From: a virus
Virus record (IMG/VR): IMGVR_UViG_3300023243_000009
Coordinates: 74,668-138,667 of that record
DNA length: 64,000 bases
Direction: 5' to 3' (one strand)
Shown here: positions 1 through 11,713 of the stretch, one piece after another
Layout: the number at the start of each line of letters is the position of its first letter
Position numbering within the stretch: position 1 is the stretch's first letter
Translations under genes and position numbers: made by a program
The notes under the pieces: model-generated
Databases searched by the model: none
Seen by the model: the letters and a program-made list of their open reading frames with translations, nothing else
Told to the model about the DNA's origin: nothing

Positions 1-206
1 TTAGTACTTTGACTTAAGTCTAATTTTTTCCCTTTTTCAGGATGATTAATGGCTCCTGCCATTTGCACCCAATTAAAGTGGTGTGATGTATGAGTTACAA
101 TTTCTTTGGCAATAGTTGCAACACCAGAATGTACTCTAAGGTCATCACATAAGAGGAGTATTTTTTTCCTTTCTTTTTGTGGAAGATGTTTAAAACTTTT
201 ATTCAT
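1..206 (-). CDS. Glycosyltransferase-like protein, N-terminus only (runs off the window)
   Basis: Manual translation MNKSFKHLPQKERKKILLLCDDLRVHSGVATIAKEIV..., open to the window edge; resembles GT-B N-termini. Confidence 0.55.
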   Translation of the reverse strand, partial: MNKSFKHLPQKERKKILLLCDDLRVHSGVATIAKEIVTHTSHHFNWVQMAGAINHPEKGKKLDLSQST

Positions 207-236
207 ATAATAACTTTTTATTAATATAATAAATTT

Positions 237-416
237 CTATTCCGAGGCCAAATTATGGTTTGTTATTTTTCTCCTAAATTCCTCATCTTTCATATAAAGT
301 TCAATAGCACGTTCAGATAGTTTTTGAAATGAGAATTTCCTTTTGATACACTCAATTTTAAATTCTTCCCATAGATTCCCATCTATTTTTACACTTGTTA
401 ATTTTTGATTACTCAT
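237..416 (-). CDS. Small ribbon-helix-helix-like protein (59 aa, not in ORF track)
   Basis: Manual translation MSNQKLTSVKIDGNLWEEFKIECIKRKFSFQKLSERAIELYM... Confidence 0.6.
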   Translation of the reverse strand: MSNQKLTSVKIDGNLWEEFKIECIKRKFSFQKLSERAIELYMKDEEFRRKITNHNLASE

Positions 417-464
417 AGTTTGTATATTTGTATGTTTGTATTGTTTAATATAAATATATATAAA

Positions 465-1436
465 TTATTCAAAACATATCCCTTCACCACAATTCTCCTT
501 ATCTAATTTAAATGGACAGAAACCACAATTCCATTTGCTGGCGTTTTTAGGGTAGTCTATGTTTTTAATTTCCCCAGTTGAATTAAAACAGGTGGTTATG
601 AAATGGTTTATAGCATTTTTAGCTTTATTTAATTTAATTTTACCACTAGGGGGAACAAAAATTTGAACTCTGTATGATTGGTGTGGTGACATTAATTTCT
701 CATCATCCCAATCCAATACTTTACGTTTAACTATAAAAAATTCTATTTCTATGTTTTCTAACGGGATATTGTATTGTTCAGAGAAAAATTGCTTATATAA
801 AAGTAATTGATATTGTTTATCTTCATTTTTTTTATCTTGATCCCTCCACCCCCTAGTGCTTGTTTTAATGTCAATTATTTTAAAGGTGTTTGTAGGTTCA
901 TGGTATAACACAATATCTAAGTATCCGGTGTATAGTACGTTATTATATCCCTTATTTGGTGCTATTACTAATGGGAGTTCACAACCCACTAAATAAGTAC
1001 CTTTTTTTGTGAAATAAGAACTACGTTTTTTCTTAAACCAATTTAGAATACCTACCCCATCTTCAAAAAACTCCCTCATTTCAATTGCTGATGAGAAGTG
1101 TTCGTTTTTATTTGATTTATATTGTTTTTGGTATTCTTCTATAAAGGTTTTTTGGAAAGTGTCTTCCATATCAATTTCCCTATCTGCGGCGGCAAATGAT
1201 GTTTCGTACGCTACATTTAGATAATTTTGCATTACTTCATGTATAGAGGTCCCAAAAACAGTATGTATTGAAGATGTGAATCGTTTAATTCTTTCTTTAT
1301 ACTGAAGTTTCCATCTGTGGGGGCAATTCCTAAAAATTGACATCTGAGAATGGGATACATTCTTTTGGTAAGCATAATTCACCAGTGAGGGTGGATTATT
1401 TCTTATTTCTTTTACTATTTTTGGGATCTTTTTCAT
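465..1436 (-). CDS. PD-(D/E)XK (RecB/Cas4-like) exonuclease
   Basis: FGTSIHEVM, GYLDIV, IIDIKTS, QLLLY motifs; N-terminal Cys plus C-terminal CGFCPF..C cluster. Confidence 0.85.
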   Translation of the reverse strand: MKKIPKIVKEIRNNPPSLVNYAYQKNVSHSQMSIFRNCPHRWKLQYKERIKRFTSSIHTVFGTSIHEVMQNYLNVAYETSFAAADREIDMEDTFQKTFIEEYQKQYKSNKNEHFSSAIEMREFFEDGVGILNWFKKKRSSYFTKKGTYLVGCELPLVIAPNKGYNNVLYTGYLDIVLYHEPTNTFKIIDIKTSTRGWRDQDKKNEDKQYQLLLYKQFFSEQYNIPLENIEIEFFIVKRKVLDWDDEKLMSPHQSYRVQIFVPPSGKIKLNKAKNAINHFITTCFNSTGEIKNIDYPKNASKWNCGFCPFKLDKENCGEGICFE

Positions 1437-1441
1437 TCAAA

Positions 1442-1906
1442 TTATTTACGCCATTTATCTCTACCAACTAACAAACCTATTATTCCATAATTTGCTATAT
1501 CTATAAATGTATCTTCCATCCCTTCACCCTCAACAAAACTTTTTCCATTAACTAATAAATTTTTTAAACGTGATATTTTATCCGTTAATCTAATACACAA
1601 CCCAGTTAGTGAAAACTTCTTGTCATTGCTATTATTAACGATATCTCCGCCCAAAGCAATATTATTAAGTCCATAATCTAAGTGTTTTCTAGCAAATAAC
1701 TCGTATTGTTCATGTTGTATTTGTTTAAACTCATTGGATAGTGCCCCGTATTCGTTTTCAAATATTTGTACTGCATTTTGGGGTACTTCACCTCTCATAT
1801 TTGTAGGGTGAGTAAGATTTTCCCAATATTTTTTCCCTATGGGGAATTGGTTATGAGGTAATTTATTTTCCACATTCTCGAAATGTTTTGTTACAGCGCT
1901 ACCCAT
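1442..1906 (-). CDS. DUF1599 / nucleotide-modification-associated domain protein
   Basis: LFARKHLDYG...RLTDKISRL...EDTFIDIANYGII pattern. Confidence 0.7.
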   Translation of the reverse strand: MGSAVTKHFENVENKLPHNQFPIGKKYWENLTHPTNMRGEVPQNAVQIFENEYGALSNEFKQIQHEQYELFARKHLDYGLNNIALGGDIVNNSNDKKFSLTGLCIRLTDKISRLKNLLVNGKSFVEGEGMEDTFIDIANYGIIGLLVGRDKWRK

Positions 1907-2126
1907 TTATTTGTGTAAATTTTAAAAATTGAATTTTTAGTTTTTCTATTCTCTCATCAGCATCAATCAACATCCTAAGTGTCTCTTCAGCATTTTTATA
2001 AAAATCTTCGGTTGAATGATCACCAATTCCTGCTGCCTTATTTCCTAATAAATCAAAGGATAGCATGGCTTTTGCTCTATCTGCTTCTGCAGAAGTTAAT
2101 AACATTTTGTATAATAATGGGTTCAT
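1899..2126 (-). CDS. Hypothetical protein
   Basis: 75-aa ORF overlapping its neighbours in the operon. Confidence 0.65.
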   Translation of the reverse strand: MNPLLYKMLLTSAEADRAKAMLSFDLLGNKAAGIGDHSTEDFYKNAEETLRMLIDADERIEKLKIQFLKFTQING

Positions 2127-2536
2127 TTTATAATTTTTTTAATTTCTTTATTATCTAATCCTCTATTTGTTAATATACGAACAATATGTTCATTATCCAA
2201 AAAATATAAATATTCTTTTACTTCTCTTATAGATAGTTTAAAATGGTCCTTTAAGTGTATTAATAATTCATTATTTCTTTCTTTAACTTTAGATTTAATG
2301 TATTTACTCCATTTATTATTTTTAGGAATAAATTCGACATATACTGAGTATATTTCTTTTTTGTTTTGGGGAGGTATAACTTGTACCTCGTTCACCAATT
2401 CTAAAAAATCTTCATTCTGACTTAGAAATCTATGAACCATATAACTATTCCAAGTCTCCCAATCTGATTCTGAAAATGAATCAGTGGGAGATTTGGTAGT
2501 ATTAATTTGTTTTAGCCAATCAAATACAGTTTTCAT
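2123..2536 (-). CDS. Clamp loader small subunit (T4 gp62-like)
   Basis: FDWLKQI...WNSYMVHRFLS...KWSKYIK pattern; next to the large subunit. Confidence 0.7.
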   Translation of the reverse strand: MKTVFDWLKQINTTKSPTDSFSESDWETWNSYMVHRFLSQNEDFLELVNEVQVIPPQNKKEIYSVYVEFIPKNNKWSKYIKSKVKERNNELLIHLKDHFKLSIREVKEYLYFLDNEHIVRILTNRGLDNKEIKKIIK

Positions 2537-2537
2537 T

Positions 2538-2786
2538 CTAACACAACTCTTCTTTAAGTTCCTCTCTTAAATCTTTTGGGACCGAGTCTTTTAAGATTTT
2601 TTTTGTTACAGGATCAAAAAACACAGGGATAGGAAGAAGAGCATCCTCATCTGTTCCGGTAATAAATTTGGATACTTTACGTAAAATTACTCCTTGTACA
2701 AATACACTCCCTCCATCAGAGTTTTTAACTTCGGTAGTGTTTTTCAAATCAATTGGTGGCATTTGTGCCGATTGTGGGTTTTGCAT
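2538..2786 (-). CDS. Hypothetical protein
   Basis: 82-aa ORF tightly packed in the operon. Confidence 0.65.
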   Translation of the reverse strand: MQNPQSAQMPPIDLKNTTEVKNSDGGSVFVQGVILRKVSKFITGTDEDALLPIPVFFDPVTKKILKDSVPKDLREELKEELC

Positions 2787-2787
2787 A

Positions 2788-3708
2788 TTATTTGTTGTTT
2801 ATTAAATTTTGGATTAAGGACAGGGCATTTATTTCTTTATCTATACGGAAATTTGCTTTATATTGGTGGTCGTTTATTAACATAGCAACAGTACCCCCTC
2901 TATTTGGTAAATATTCTTCAGACCTTTCATATAGTGATTTAAATAATTCTTCATAATCATTAATATTAGAATCGGCAATAATTTGTCTTATAACTTTAAA
3001 TTGTGGTTTTGGTTTTGCCAATTCCGTTAAAACATCGTATATATAACTTGAAGAAATAATTAAATCATCATCCAATATTAATACTCCATCTATAGAACTA
3101 GATTGTATGGTATTTATCATCTTCCTAATATCAGGATATGTTTTATTTACGATTTTAGCTATATCTATTAAGTCATAGCTTATTTTCTCTTTATCACATA
3201 TTCCTGCTATATGAACCGCAACTTCTTTTTTAGTTGGGGGTTCTACTTTAAAAGTTTGACATCTAGATTGGATTGGATCAATAATACGTTCAATATAATT
3301 GCAAGTTAAAATAAATCTAGTACTACGTGAAAAGGTTTCAATCACATTCCTTAAAGATGCTTGTGCATTTATTGTTAAATAATCCGCTTCATCCAAAATA
3401 ACCACTTTAAGAGGTTTAAATGATGCCATTGAAGCAAACCCTGATACTTTATCCCTAATAGTTTCAATACCTCTTTCATCTGAGGCATTTATGTATAGGG
3501 ATTCGCAATCAAGATTGTTTACTATAATTTTAGCTAGGGTTGTTTTACCTGTACCCGCCCCGGCATAAAATAGATAGTTTTGTATGTCATTATTCTTTAA
3601 CTGTCTATCAATTGAAGATTTTAAGGTAGCATTACCTACAAAGTTTTCTAAAGTATTAGGTCTATAACGTTCATTAAGCAAAGTTTGTTCTCTATCAAAA
3701 CTCCCCAT
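2788..3708 (-). CDS. Clamp loader large subunit (RFC / T4 gp44-like AAA+ ATPase)
   Basis: ERYRP, Walker [17 protein letters not shown], Walker B VILDEAD, SRC motif. Confidence 0.93.
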   Translation of the reverse strand: MGSFDREQTLLNERYRPNTLENFVGNATLKSSIDRQLKNNDIQNYLFYAGAGTGKTTLAKIIVNNLDCESLYINASDERGIETIRDKVSGFASMASFKPLKVVILDEADYLTINAQASLRNVIETFSRSTRFILTCNYIERIIDPIQSRCQTFKVEPPTKKEVAVHIAGICDKEKISYDLIDIAKIVNKTYPDIRKMINTIQSSSIDGVLILDDDLIISSSYIYDVLTELAKPKPQFKVIRQIIADSNINDYEELFKSLYERSEEYLPNRGGTVAMLINDHQYKANFRIDKEINALSLIQNLINNK

Positions 3709-3961
3709 AAATTGAATATTTTTTAATTGGTTTAGGTTCTATTTCTTTTTCTGATGTTGCAATAGTATATAATTCTCCTTTAAGTGGGGATAATTTAAAA
3801 TCCCCAACAAACTTAGTTTTTACAATATAAGCCTCTAAGGTATTGGTTAAAGATGTATAGATTTTACCTTCAGGACCGTCAGATACTAAGCGATATCTAT
3901 CACCGGGGGCTTGTCTTATAGCTATTAATTCTATTTTGATTTTGTCTATTTTTATTTCCAT
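3695..3961 (-). CDS. Hypothetical protein
   Basis: 88-aa ORF preceded by the recurring promoter motif. Confidence 0.6.
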   Translation of the reverse strand: MEIKIDKIKIELIAIRQAPGDRYRLVSDGPEGKIYTSLTNTLEAYIVKTKFVGDFKLSPLKGELYTIATSEKEIEPKPIKKYSIYGEF

Positions 3962-4015
3962 AGATATAATATACGAAAAAATAATGGGGAAGCCATAAAA
4001 ACTTCCCCATATATT

Positions 4016-4183
4016 TTATTTGCTTTCAGCCACGGATGCCTTTCGGTATTCGGTTACTAGGTTTTTTATATTACCTAGACTTTTTCTAGCTTCTTGTTGT
4101 GATTTTTTTGTAGTTTTATTATGTTTTTCTACAAAAATGTTAAATAATTCTGTAATCTGTTCAAAAATTTCCTGCTTATTCAT
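4016..4183 (-). CDS. Small basic histone-H1/Hc1-like protein (55 aa, not in ORF track)
   Basis: Manual translation MNKQEIFEQITELFNIFVEKHNKTTKKSQQEARKSLGNIKNLVTEYRKASVAESK. Confidence 0.55.
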   Translation of the reverse strand: MNKQEIFEQITELFNIFVEKHNKTTKKSQQEARKSLGNIKNLVTEYRKASVAESK

Positions 4184-4205
4184 TGTTATAATCTAGTTTA
4201 AAATT

Positions 4206-5828
<1,623 letters not shown>

Positions 5829-5847
5829 TTTTTATTTTGTAAATTTA

Positions 5848-6017
5848 TTATTTATATTTCCATTTATAACCATGTCGTTTTCCGTTTGAATATAAAACAT
5901 CGTATATGTTTCCGGGAAATGCTAGATTTATATCTTTAGCAGAATCCCATTCTTTTATAGGATTTGATTCTAAATATGCAAAGATTTGATTTTCTTACAA
6001 AAATTTGATTTTCTTGA
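5848..6017 (-). pseudogene. Start-less remnant of a homing-endonuclease NUMOD1 C-terminus
   Basis: Open frame ...PIKEWDSAKDINLAFPGNIYDVLYSNGKRHGYKWKYK* with no ATG; resembles the C-terminus of the 35022-35666 endonuclease. Confidence 0.6.
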
Positions 6018-6311
6018 CTAATTAGAGTTTATTTTTGCTAAGACACTATTCTCAGGACCTACATAATATTCCTCACCATTGTATGGTAATTTAGTAAACC
6101 CCATGGTAGGTAATACTACTATGTCACCTGTTTTTAATTGTGTAGGTAGAAGTTTACCTGAAATTGTATATCTCCCTGGACCTACAGCGATTACTTCTCC
6201 TGTTTCATTTTTTTCTTTACCTAAGTCAGGTACAATAATTCCACCATACGTGGTTTCTTCTGCTTCTATAGGTTTAACTATAACTGCATCAAACAATGCT
6301 TCTAATGCCAT
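6018..6311 (-). CDS. groES: Co-chaperonin GroES
   Basis: GGIIVPD mobile loop, GEVIAVGPG; upstream of groEL. Confidence 0.95.
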   Translation of the reverse strand: MALEALFDAVIVKPIEAEETTYGGIIVPDLGKEKNETGEVIAVGPGRYTISGKLLPTQLKTGDIVVLPTMGFTKLPYNGEEYYVGPENSVLAKINSN

Positions 6312-6612
6312 CTGTGTATTTTTTAATGTTATTACTTATTGTTATATAATTGTTTATATACTCTTCTAATGAACTTACATCTTCTATATCCGCTTTCAAA
6401 TTTGAAATTTTTACTAAAGCTTGATCTAAATTTGTGAAATAATATAAAGATTTTTCATAAGTTTTTGTTTTTCCTTTGCTCCTAAAATGAGAAGAATCAG
6501 ATGTTACATTTTGTTTTACTGTGTAACTATATTCATCCTTTGTTATAAAAAAGGGTTCTAATAGAGGATCAGTAATAGTTTGGATTGATTTTCTTTGTTT
6601 AACTTCAGACAT
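6289..6612 (-). CDS. Hypothetical protein
   Basis: 107-aa ORF with an upstream promoter motif. Confidence 0.65.
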   Translation of the reverse strand: MSEVKQRKSIQTITDPLLEPFFITKDEYSYTVKQNVTSDSSHFRSKGKTKTYEKSLYYFTNLDQALVKISNLKADIEDVSSLEEYINNYITISNNIKKYTDGIRSIV

Positions 6613-6678
6613 ATGACTTGTTTATTTAGATGTCAATATACGAAAAATAATGTGCTAAGACACGCTATTTTGGTGAAG

Positions 6679-7404
6679 TTATTCATTTCTAGCTAGAAAA
6701 TATTCACTTTCTATATCTGGAGATTTGAAATCTAATTTTAAGGTAGATTTTGAAGAAAGTGTTAAGATACAGGTTTCTTGGTCTTTGTTAGCAGCGAGTA
6801 TATCTTTAAATATACTAGAATTGTAAGGGATTTCTAATTCTAAATCCTTTATATCTCCACCACCAATTTGGTATGTAATTTTATTTGAAAACCCTGTATT
6901 ATCTCCAAATATGAATTCACATATTGGGTTTTTATCTAAATCAGTAGTGGTTCTGATTAGCATGTTTTCAACTTCCCCTAAAGCATTTTTTGCTTTAATT
7001 AAATGGTCAATGTCTTCACTGTTAAGTTTTAACTTAAAATTGTAATCTTGGGGTTCGTCATACCATATATTTTTCCCTAAAATTAAAACATCAGCTAAAG
7101 AATATGTTAAATCGAAATGAGAATCTTTAATATATAATTTTGTAAATATAGATTTAAGTTTTTCCACCCCTAACATTAAATCCCCACTTGTAATAGACAT
7201 TAGTTTTGACAATTTCCCGGTATCAAATATCCCTAATTCACCATCCCCTAATGGGAAATCTTTCAATACTACTTTACACACTTTACCTGATTCCCCTGCA
7301 TATATTGTAAGTTGATTATTTTTAATTCTCCATTTTGCTTGATTATTCAACCCATTTAAATAATACTTAGAAATTAGAGATGTTAACTTTACTTTATTAA
7401 TCAT
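6679..7404 (-). CDS. DNA sliding clamp (T4 gp45-like)
   Basis: 241 aa, beta-rich, LGIFDTGKLSKLMS pattern; lies between PolB and the clamp loader. Confidence 0.75.
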   Translation of the reverse strand: MINKVKLTSLISKYYLNGLNNQAKWRIKNNQLTIYAGESGKVCKVVLKDFPLGDGELGIFDTGKLSKLMSITSGDLMLGVEKLKSIFTKLYIKDSHFDLTYSLADVLILGKNIWYDEPQDYNFKLKLNSEDIDHLIKAKNALGEVENMLIRTTTDLDKNPICEFIFGDNTGFSNKITYQIGGGDIKDLELEIPYNSSIFKDILAANKDQETCILTLSSKSTLKLDFKSPDIESEYFLARNE

Positions 7405-7443
7405 TTTATTGTTTTTTATATTAGTGAATATACAAAAGATATT

Positions 7444-8394
7444 TTATATCTCAAAGGATTTTAACACATTTAGGTGAGGATTTAAGTTAAGTTCCCATGA
7501 AAGGTCTGAAAAGAATCCTTCTAATTTGTTAAGTAAGATAGTTTCAAAGACTCTTTGTCTATTAGCATAAAGGGTTAGAAAGTTTTGGATTTTATCAGGG
7601 ATTTCATAATCAAAAAATGCTAATGCCTCTATTTTATATGGGTTATCTTTTAAGTAAATCCATTTAACTTTATCAGACATAGTAACTAAATTATAAGTTC
7701 TATCCAACTGCCACAGTCTTAATAAATCATTATAGCGAATTGCTGCTCTAACGGGTGCTGGTGCACGTTTTTTTATTTCCGTGAAAATCTCACCGGATCT
7801 GGGGGTATTTCCTGAATATTTTTCTAGCTTTTTGACTGAGGTAGGGTTTCCCAATTTTGCTAGTGGGATTGTACCGTCTAAAATTTGTTTTTTAAAAACT
7901 TTAATCTGATCTAGAATATCAATTTTTTCACCACCTTTAAGTACTTGGTGTAGTATATCATTAAAAAATTCTCCTAAAATAGGTGGGAAATTAGCTTTCA
8001 TAAATTCCAACCCCTTAATTTCTAATTCTTCCTTAGCTATACCTTCCTTTTTAGTAATCCATTGGGCATAACGACGAGTTGCCCTAAAGTATGCAGATCG
8101 GATAACAGCTTCTGTTTTCATCTCTAATCTATGTTTATTAACTACACCATTAGGTACGTTAAAACATTCTTTAGCTAAAGTGTTATATTGGTGTGTGATT
8201 ATGTCTTGATATTCTAATGCTACCCCCTCTAATAAATCATCTTTTTTACTATCTTCTAAACCTTCAAAATTGGGGTATAAAAAGTTTAATAGGGGTTCAG
8301 CATTAATGTATACTGAGTCTGTGTCCATGTAAGCGCAATAATTTTCATCATCACTATCACAGATAAACCAAGGTGTATCTTCTAAATGTTTCAT
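7444..8394 (-). CDS. Family B DNA polymerase, C-terminal half (motif C and thumb)
   Basis: YMDTDSVY, RRYAQW, KGLE motifs. Confidence 0.92.
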   Translation of the reverse strand: MKHLEDTPWFICDSDDENYCAYMDTDSVYINAEPLLNFLYPNFEGLEDSKKDDLLEGVALEYQDIITHQYNTLAKECFNVPNGVVNKHRLEMKTEAVIRSAYFRATRRYAQWITKKEGIAKEELEIKGLEFMKANFPPILGEFFNDILHQVLKGGEKIDILDQIKVFKKQILDGTIPLAKLGNPTSVKKLEKYSGNTPRSGEIFTEIKKRAPAPVRAAIRYNDLLRLWQLDRTYNLVTMSDKVKWIYLKDNPYKIEALAFFDYEIPDKIQNFLTLYANRQRVFETILLNKLEGFFSDLSWELNLNPHLNVLKSFEI

Positions 8395-8440
8395 AACTTA
8401 TTTCTTTTCATTTGGTATTTCTACTAACATAAACTTTAAT

Positions 8441-8704
8441 TTAAAATGATCTTTCTCCTGGGGAGAGGGGTAAATTAATGGGTTTGTTTCCATTGGAGTC
8501 TAAGTCATCTCTTCGTTCTATACTTACCTTATATTGAACTTTATTTACATTAAAAGTACCTCCTTGTTTAATCATTTTTTTAAAAAATAATTCTTGGGGT
8601 TCAGACCAATTTTCACTTTCCTTTATTAATTCTTCCTTTGTAACTAGTTTGTTATTAGCTAAAATCATCATATTTTTTCTAATAGATTGTTTTTTTAATG
8701 TCAT
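8441..8704 (-). CDS. Hypothetical protein between the two PolB halves
   Basis: 87-aa ORF whose start overlaps the PolB-N stop. Confidence 0.65.
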   Translation of the reverse strand: MTLKKQSIRKNMMILANNKLVTKEELIKESENWSEPQELFFKKMIKQGGTFNVNKVQYKVSIERRDDLDSNGNKPINLPLSPGERSF

Positions 8705-10434
8705 ATTTTTAATTTTCTTTTAAACTCTGTAGCTAAATTATTATCCCTCATAAGTTTATTCATGTGTGTGTTTGCACATAACGCCGATTCCTGAATGATT
8801 CTGTGGCCAGATAATGTAATAGCTTCACTAAGGATGGATAAATTCATTCCGTATCTAAAAGAAGGTAAAGCTGTAGCACCATAGAGTGAATTCAAGAGTA
8901 TTTTCATAGTGTATTGCATTAGGTGATTGTATTCTCCAGCTTCTTTATCACCTGCTTTGTATGCTTCTTTCATACGGTTTTTATACAAAACACGTTCATC
9001 AAACCATTTTTTTAAAATAGTAGATAAAACAGATTCTTTATCGGTTCTAAACATTGAACCATTAGCGGAGACTGCTAATTTTCCATTTTCAATTATGTTA
9101 ATTAAATCTTTAACTTTGACACTAGTTTGTTGTCTCCTACCATTTTCAACTTCTAACAATTCATCTGGGTCTTTGGCTTTTAAATCATTGAGTCCTAGTC
9201 TATTGTTTCTATCATCCCCATCTATAATGCGGCCTATAAATGTTTCTTTACCTATATTTATAGTCATAATAATTGATGGATACAAAGAAGTTAAATCTTC
9301 ATCAAACATATATTTATACAAACCCGCTTTAGGGCAAAATAAAAAACCACCAGCATAATTATTTTTTTTCTGTGGGTTTGGCTCTTTAGGTGGTGGAATT
9401 ATACCTTTTGATAGTAAATAAGCTGAAATTGCTCCATCTTGGGTTTTACTGTTAGCATAAACTTCACTATAATTATGTTTTCCTTTATGTGATAAATTTT
9501 TGGTTAAAGATATATATTGGAGCTTTTCATCTAATTTTTGAAGTATTTCTACGTCTCGAAAATTGTATTTTATAAAAGTATGAATATCTTTTTGGAATAA
9601 TTGATCTAGATTTCCTTTATATTCAATTTTGCCTAAATTTACATACTTTGCCCCAATAGCATCTAATTTCCAACTTGGTTCATCTTTCCAACTGTATTTT
9701 TTATGTAATCTCATATAATCTAATGATTCCACACCAATTAAATCAACATATTGATCTTGTTTATAGAAATAATCATTATTTTTCTTGACATTTACCAATC
9801 CTAAAGGAGATAACATATCCGCTAAATTTTTACCTAACACATTACACATTCTATAATAAAGATAAGGAATGTCAAAAAAATCACTATTGTATCCCACTAA
9901 AATGTCTGGGTCTATTTCTCTAAAAAATTCTAAGAATTTATATAATAACTCTTTTTCGGTTTTAAGGGGAATTATTTTTGTATTCCCATTTTCAGTTAAA
10001 GTAACATTATTCTTTTTATCTAAAATTAAAATTACCCATTCATCCGGGGTTTTATCCCAATAAGCGATAGAAGTAATAGGCATAGGAGCACCTTCTATAT
10101 ACTCTTCAGTTAAAGCCCCACCAATTTCACACTCAATATCAAAAAATAGTTCTCTATGACCTACCGAAGGAGTATCATTAATCCCATATTTCTCAATAAG
10201 GTATTTTTGTTCCGCTTTCATTTTATTAAAATGTAGATTAGGTGTATTTTTATCCCATTTTTGAATTTTTTTCAAGGATTCACCACTTAAACCTTTATAA
10301 TTACCATCCCCAGGAGAACATACTTGGTAAGCATAATCATACCATTCTATTTCATCGTAACCCGCTTCATCCCATAAGTGGATTTTATATTTATTGTTTC
10401 CTAATCTAGTAGAATAACATTTTTTATAAGACAT
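8701..10434 (-). CDS. Family B DNA polymerase, N-terminal half (3'-5' exonuclease plus motifs A and B)
   Basis: FFDIEC, YNSDFFDIPY, YNFRDV exo motifs; DLTSLYPSII; KILLNSLYG. Confidence 0.95.
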   Translation of the reverse strand: MSYKKCYSTRLGNNKYKIHLWDEAGYDEIEWYDYAYQVCSPGDGNYKGLSGESLKKIQKWDKNTPNLHFNKMKAEQKYLIEKYGINDTPSVGHRELFFDIECEIGGALTEEYIEGAPMPITSIAYWDKTPDEWVILILDKKNNVTLTENGNTKIIPLKTEKELLYKFLEFFREIDPDILVGYNSDFFDIPYLYYRMCNVLGKNLADMLSPLGLVNVKKNNDYFYKQDQYVDLIGVESLDYMRLHKKYSWKDEPSWKLDAIGAKYVNLGKIEYKGNLDQLFQKDIHTFIKYNFRDVEILQKLDEKLQYISLTKNLSHKGKHNYSEVYANSKTQDGAISAYLLSKGIIPPPKEPNPQKKNNYAGGFLFCPKAGLYKYMFDEDLTSLYPSIIMTINIGKETFIGRIIDGDDRNNRLGLNDLKAKDPDELLEVENGRRQQTSVKVKDLINIIENGKLAVSANGSMFRTDKESVLSTILKKWFDERVLYKNRMKEAYKAGDKEAGEYNHLMQYTMKILLNSLYGATALPSFRYGMNLSILSEAITLSGHRIIQESALCANTHMNKLMRDNNLATEFKRKLKI

Positions 10435-10492
10435 TGTAAAACTTTTATTTTATTAAATATAACAAGGCTCCCTTAAGGAGCCTAGTTTTTAT

Positions 10493-11053
10493 TTATTGGT
10501 TTGTATCTGATTTTAGATAATCTTTATCTAATTCCTCTTGTGTAAAGAATTGTCTTAGATCAGGTCGGAAGTATGAAATTGATTTCATGACCTTTCTATC
10601 TCTTGTTCTATATACTACGAATCTACCACCGACTTTTTCGAAATGACATGACTCAAACTGTTCTTCGCTTCTTTTGGTGACAGTATCCATGGCTTCTTCC
10701 TCAGTTGCACAAGTTTTTGACATATTACTTGCCTGTACCTCTTGATACGCGGGCCATATCTTATCCTTAAGACCGTGTAGCATAGTAGCGTTCCCCAAGG
10801 TAACATAAGTAATATCACAAATAGCATCCAAAACTTCCACGATGTTTCCACTTTCGCAAGCTTCTCTATATTCTTCAAGTTCTTCGAGTACGAAGTCGTA
10901 AACAAATTGCCATTCTTTTTTTTCGGGGATGATTGATTCATAAGCATTTGGTTTTCCGAATGTGTGGTTAAAAATTTCTACTTCATTTACAAAGGGCACG
11001 TCAGCTATACTATTAGGGGAATAATAAAACCCAAAATCTAATTGTTTCCCCAT
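10493..11053 (-). CDS. MazG-like / PRA-PH family nucleotide pyrophosphohydrolase
   Basis: EELEEY...EVLDAICDITYV, VQASNMSK motifs. Confidence 0.8.
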   Translation of the reverse strand: MGKQLDFGFYYSPNSIADVPFVNEVEIFNHTFGKPNAYESIIPEKKEWQFVYDFVLEELEEYREACESGNIVEVLDAICDITYVTLGNATMLHGLKDKIWPAYQEVQASNMSKTCATEEEAMDTVTKRSEEQFESCHFEKVGGRFVVYRTRDRKVMKSISYFRPDLRQFFTQEELDKDYLKSDTNQ

Positions 11054-11250
11054 TAAGCTATTATTTTTATAATTTTGGTTTTTACTATTTTATCTACTGT
11101 AAAATTGCTCTCACCCTCAAAGTCTTTGTACACTTTGGATTCCGCATCTGTTGGTGAAATTGCTTCCACTAAATACTTTTCAGTAACTCTTTGTATTTTA
11201 CCTTGTTCGTTTTCTAATGTAAGTTTTACATCTACTTGCCAATAATTCAT
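11053..11250 (-). CDS. DUF4494-like small protein (Bacteroidota-associated family)
   Basis: KVKL-like N-terminus, GKIQRVTEKYLVEAISPTDAE pattern. Confidence 0.6.
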   Translation of the reverse strand: MNYWQVDVKLTLENEQGKIQRVTEKYLVEAISPTDAESKVYKDFEGESNFTVDKIVKTKIIKIIA

Positions 11251-11278
11251 AATCTACTTGTTTTTAGTTTTTATTTAT

Positions 11279-11713
11279 TTAAAAAAATGTTTGATTTGGA
11301 GCTTCAACTTTAACAGCATCACCCAAATAATCTTGTATGTGGTTACTATCTGTTTTCTCCCAAGGGTAGATAAGCCACTCATCTCCTTTATGCTCCTCAG
11401 CCCATATTGTGGGTTTAAAACTACTAGTGTGGGGTTTATAGTGTAGTACTGCTGTATACACACCCGGTGAGTTATTTAATGTTGTTCCACTATCAGCAAT
11501 ATCATCTATTACTAAAGTATTAGGACCTACTACGTATACATAAGGTAAATCTAACATATGTGAAACCATTACAGCAGGGATTAAACCTCCCCTAGCAATA
11601 CCGTGTACTGAATCTATGTTTGGTGTCTCAGTTATAATCTTCTCACATAATGTTTTAACTAATGTTTCTACATCACCCCAACTTAATATTAACTTATTAT
11701 CTACCTTTAACAT
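11279..11713 (-). CDS. Type I (purine) phosphoribosyltransferase
   Basis: GIARGGLIPA and PRPP-binding LVIDDIADSGTTL. Confidence 0.88.
   Translation of the reverse strand: MLKVDNKLILSWGDVETLVKTLCEKIITETPNIDSVHGIARGGLIPAVMVSHMLDLPYVYVVGPNTLVIDDIADSGTTLNNSPGVYTAVLHYKPHTSSFKPTIWAEEHKGDEWLIYPWEKTDSNHIQDYLGDAVKVEAPNQTFF

Noticed and set aside
7444-10434. Split intein joining the PolB halves
   Set aside because: No C/S1 block A at the end of the N-half and no HN/C-S-T at the start of the C-half
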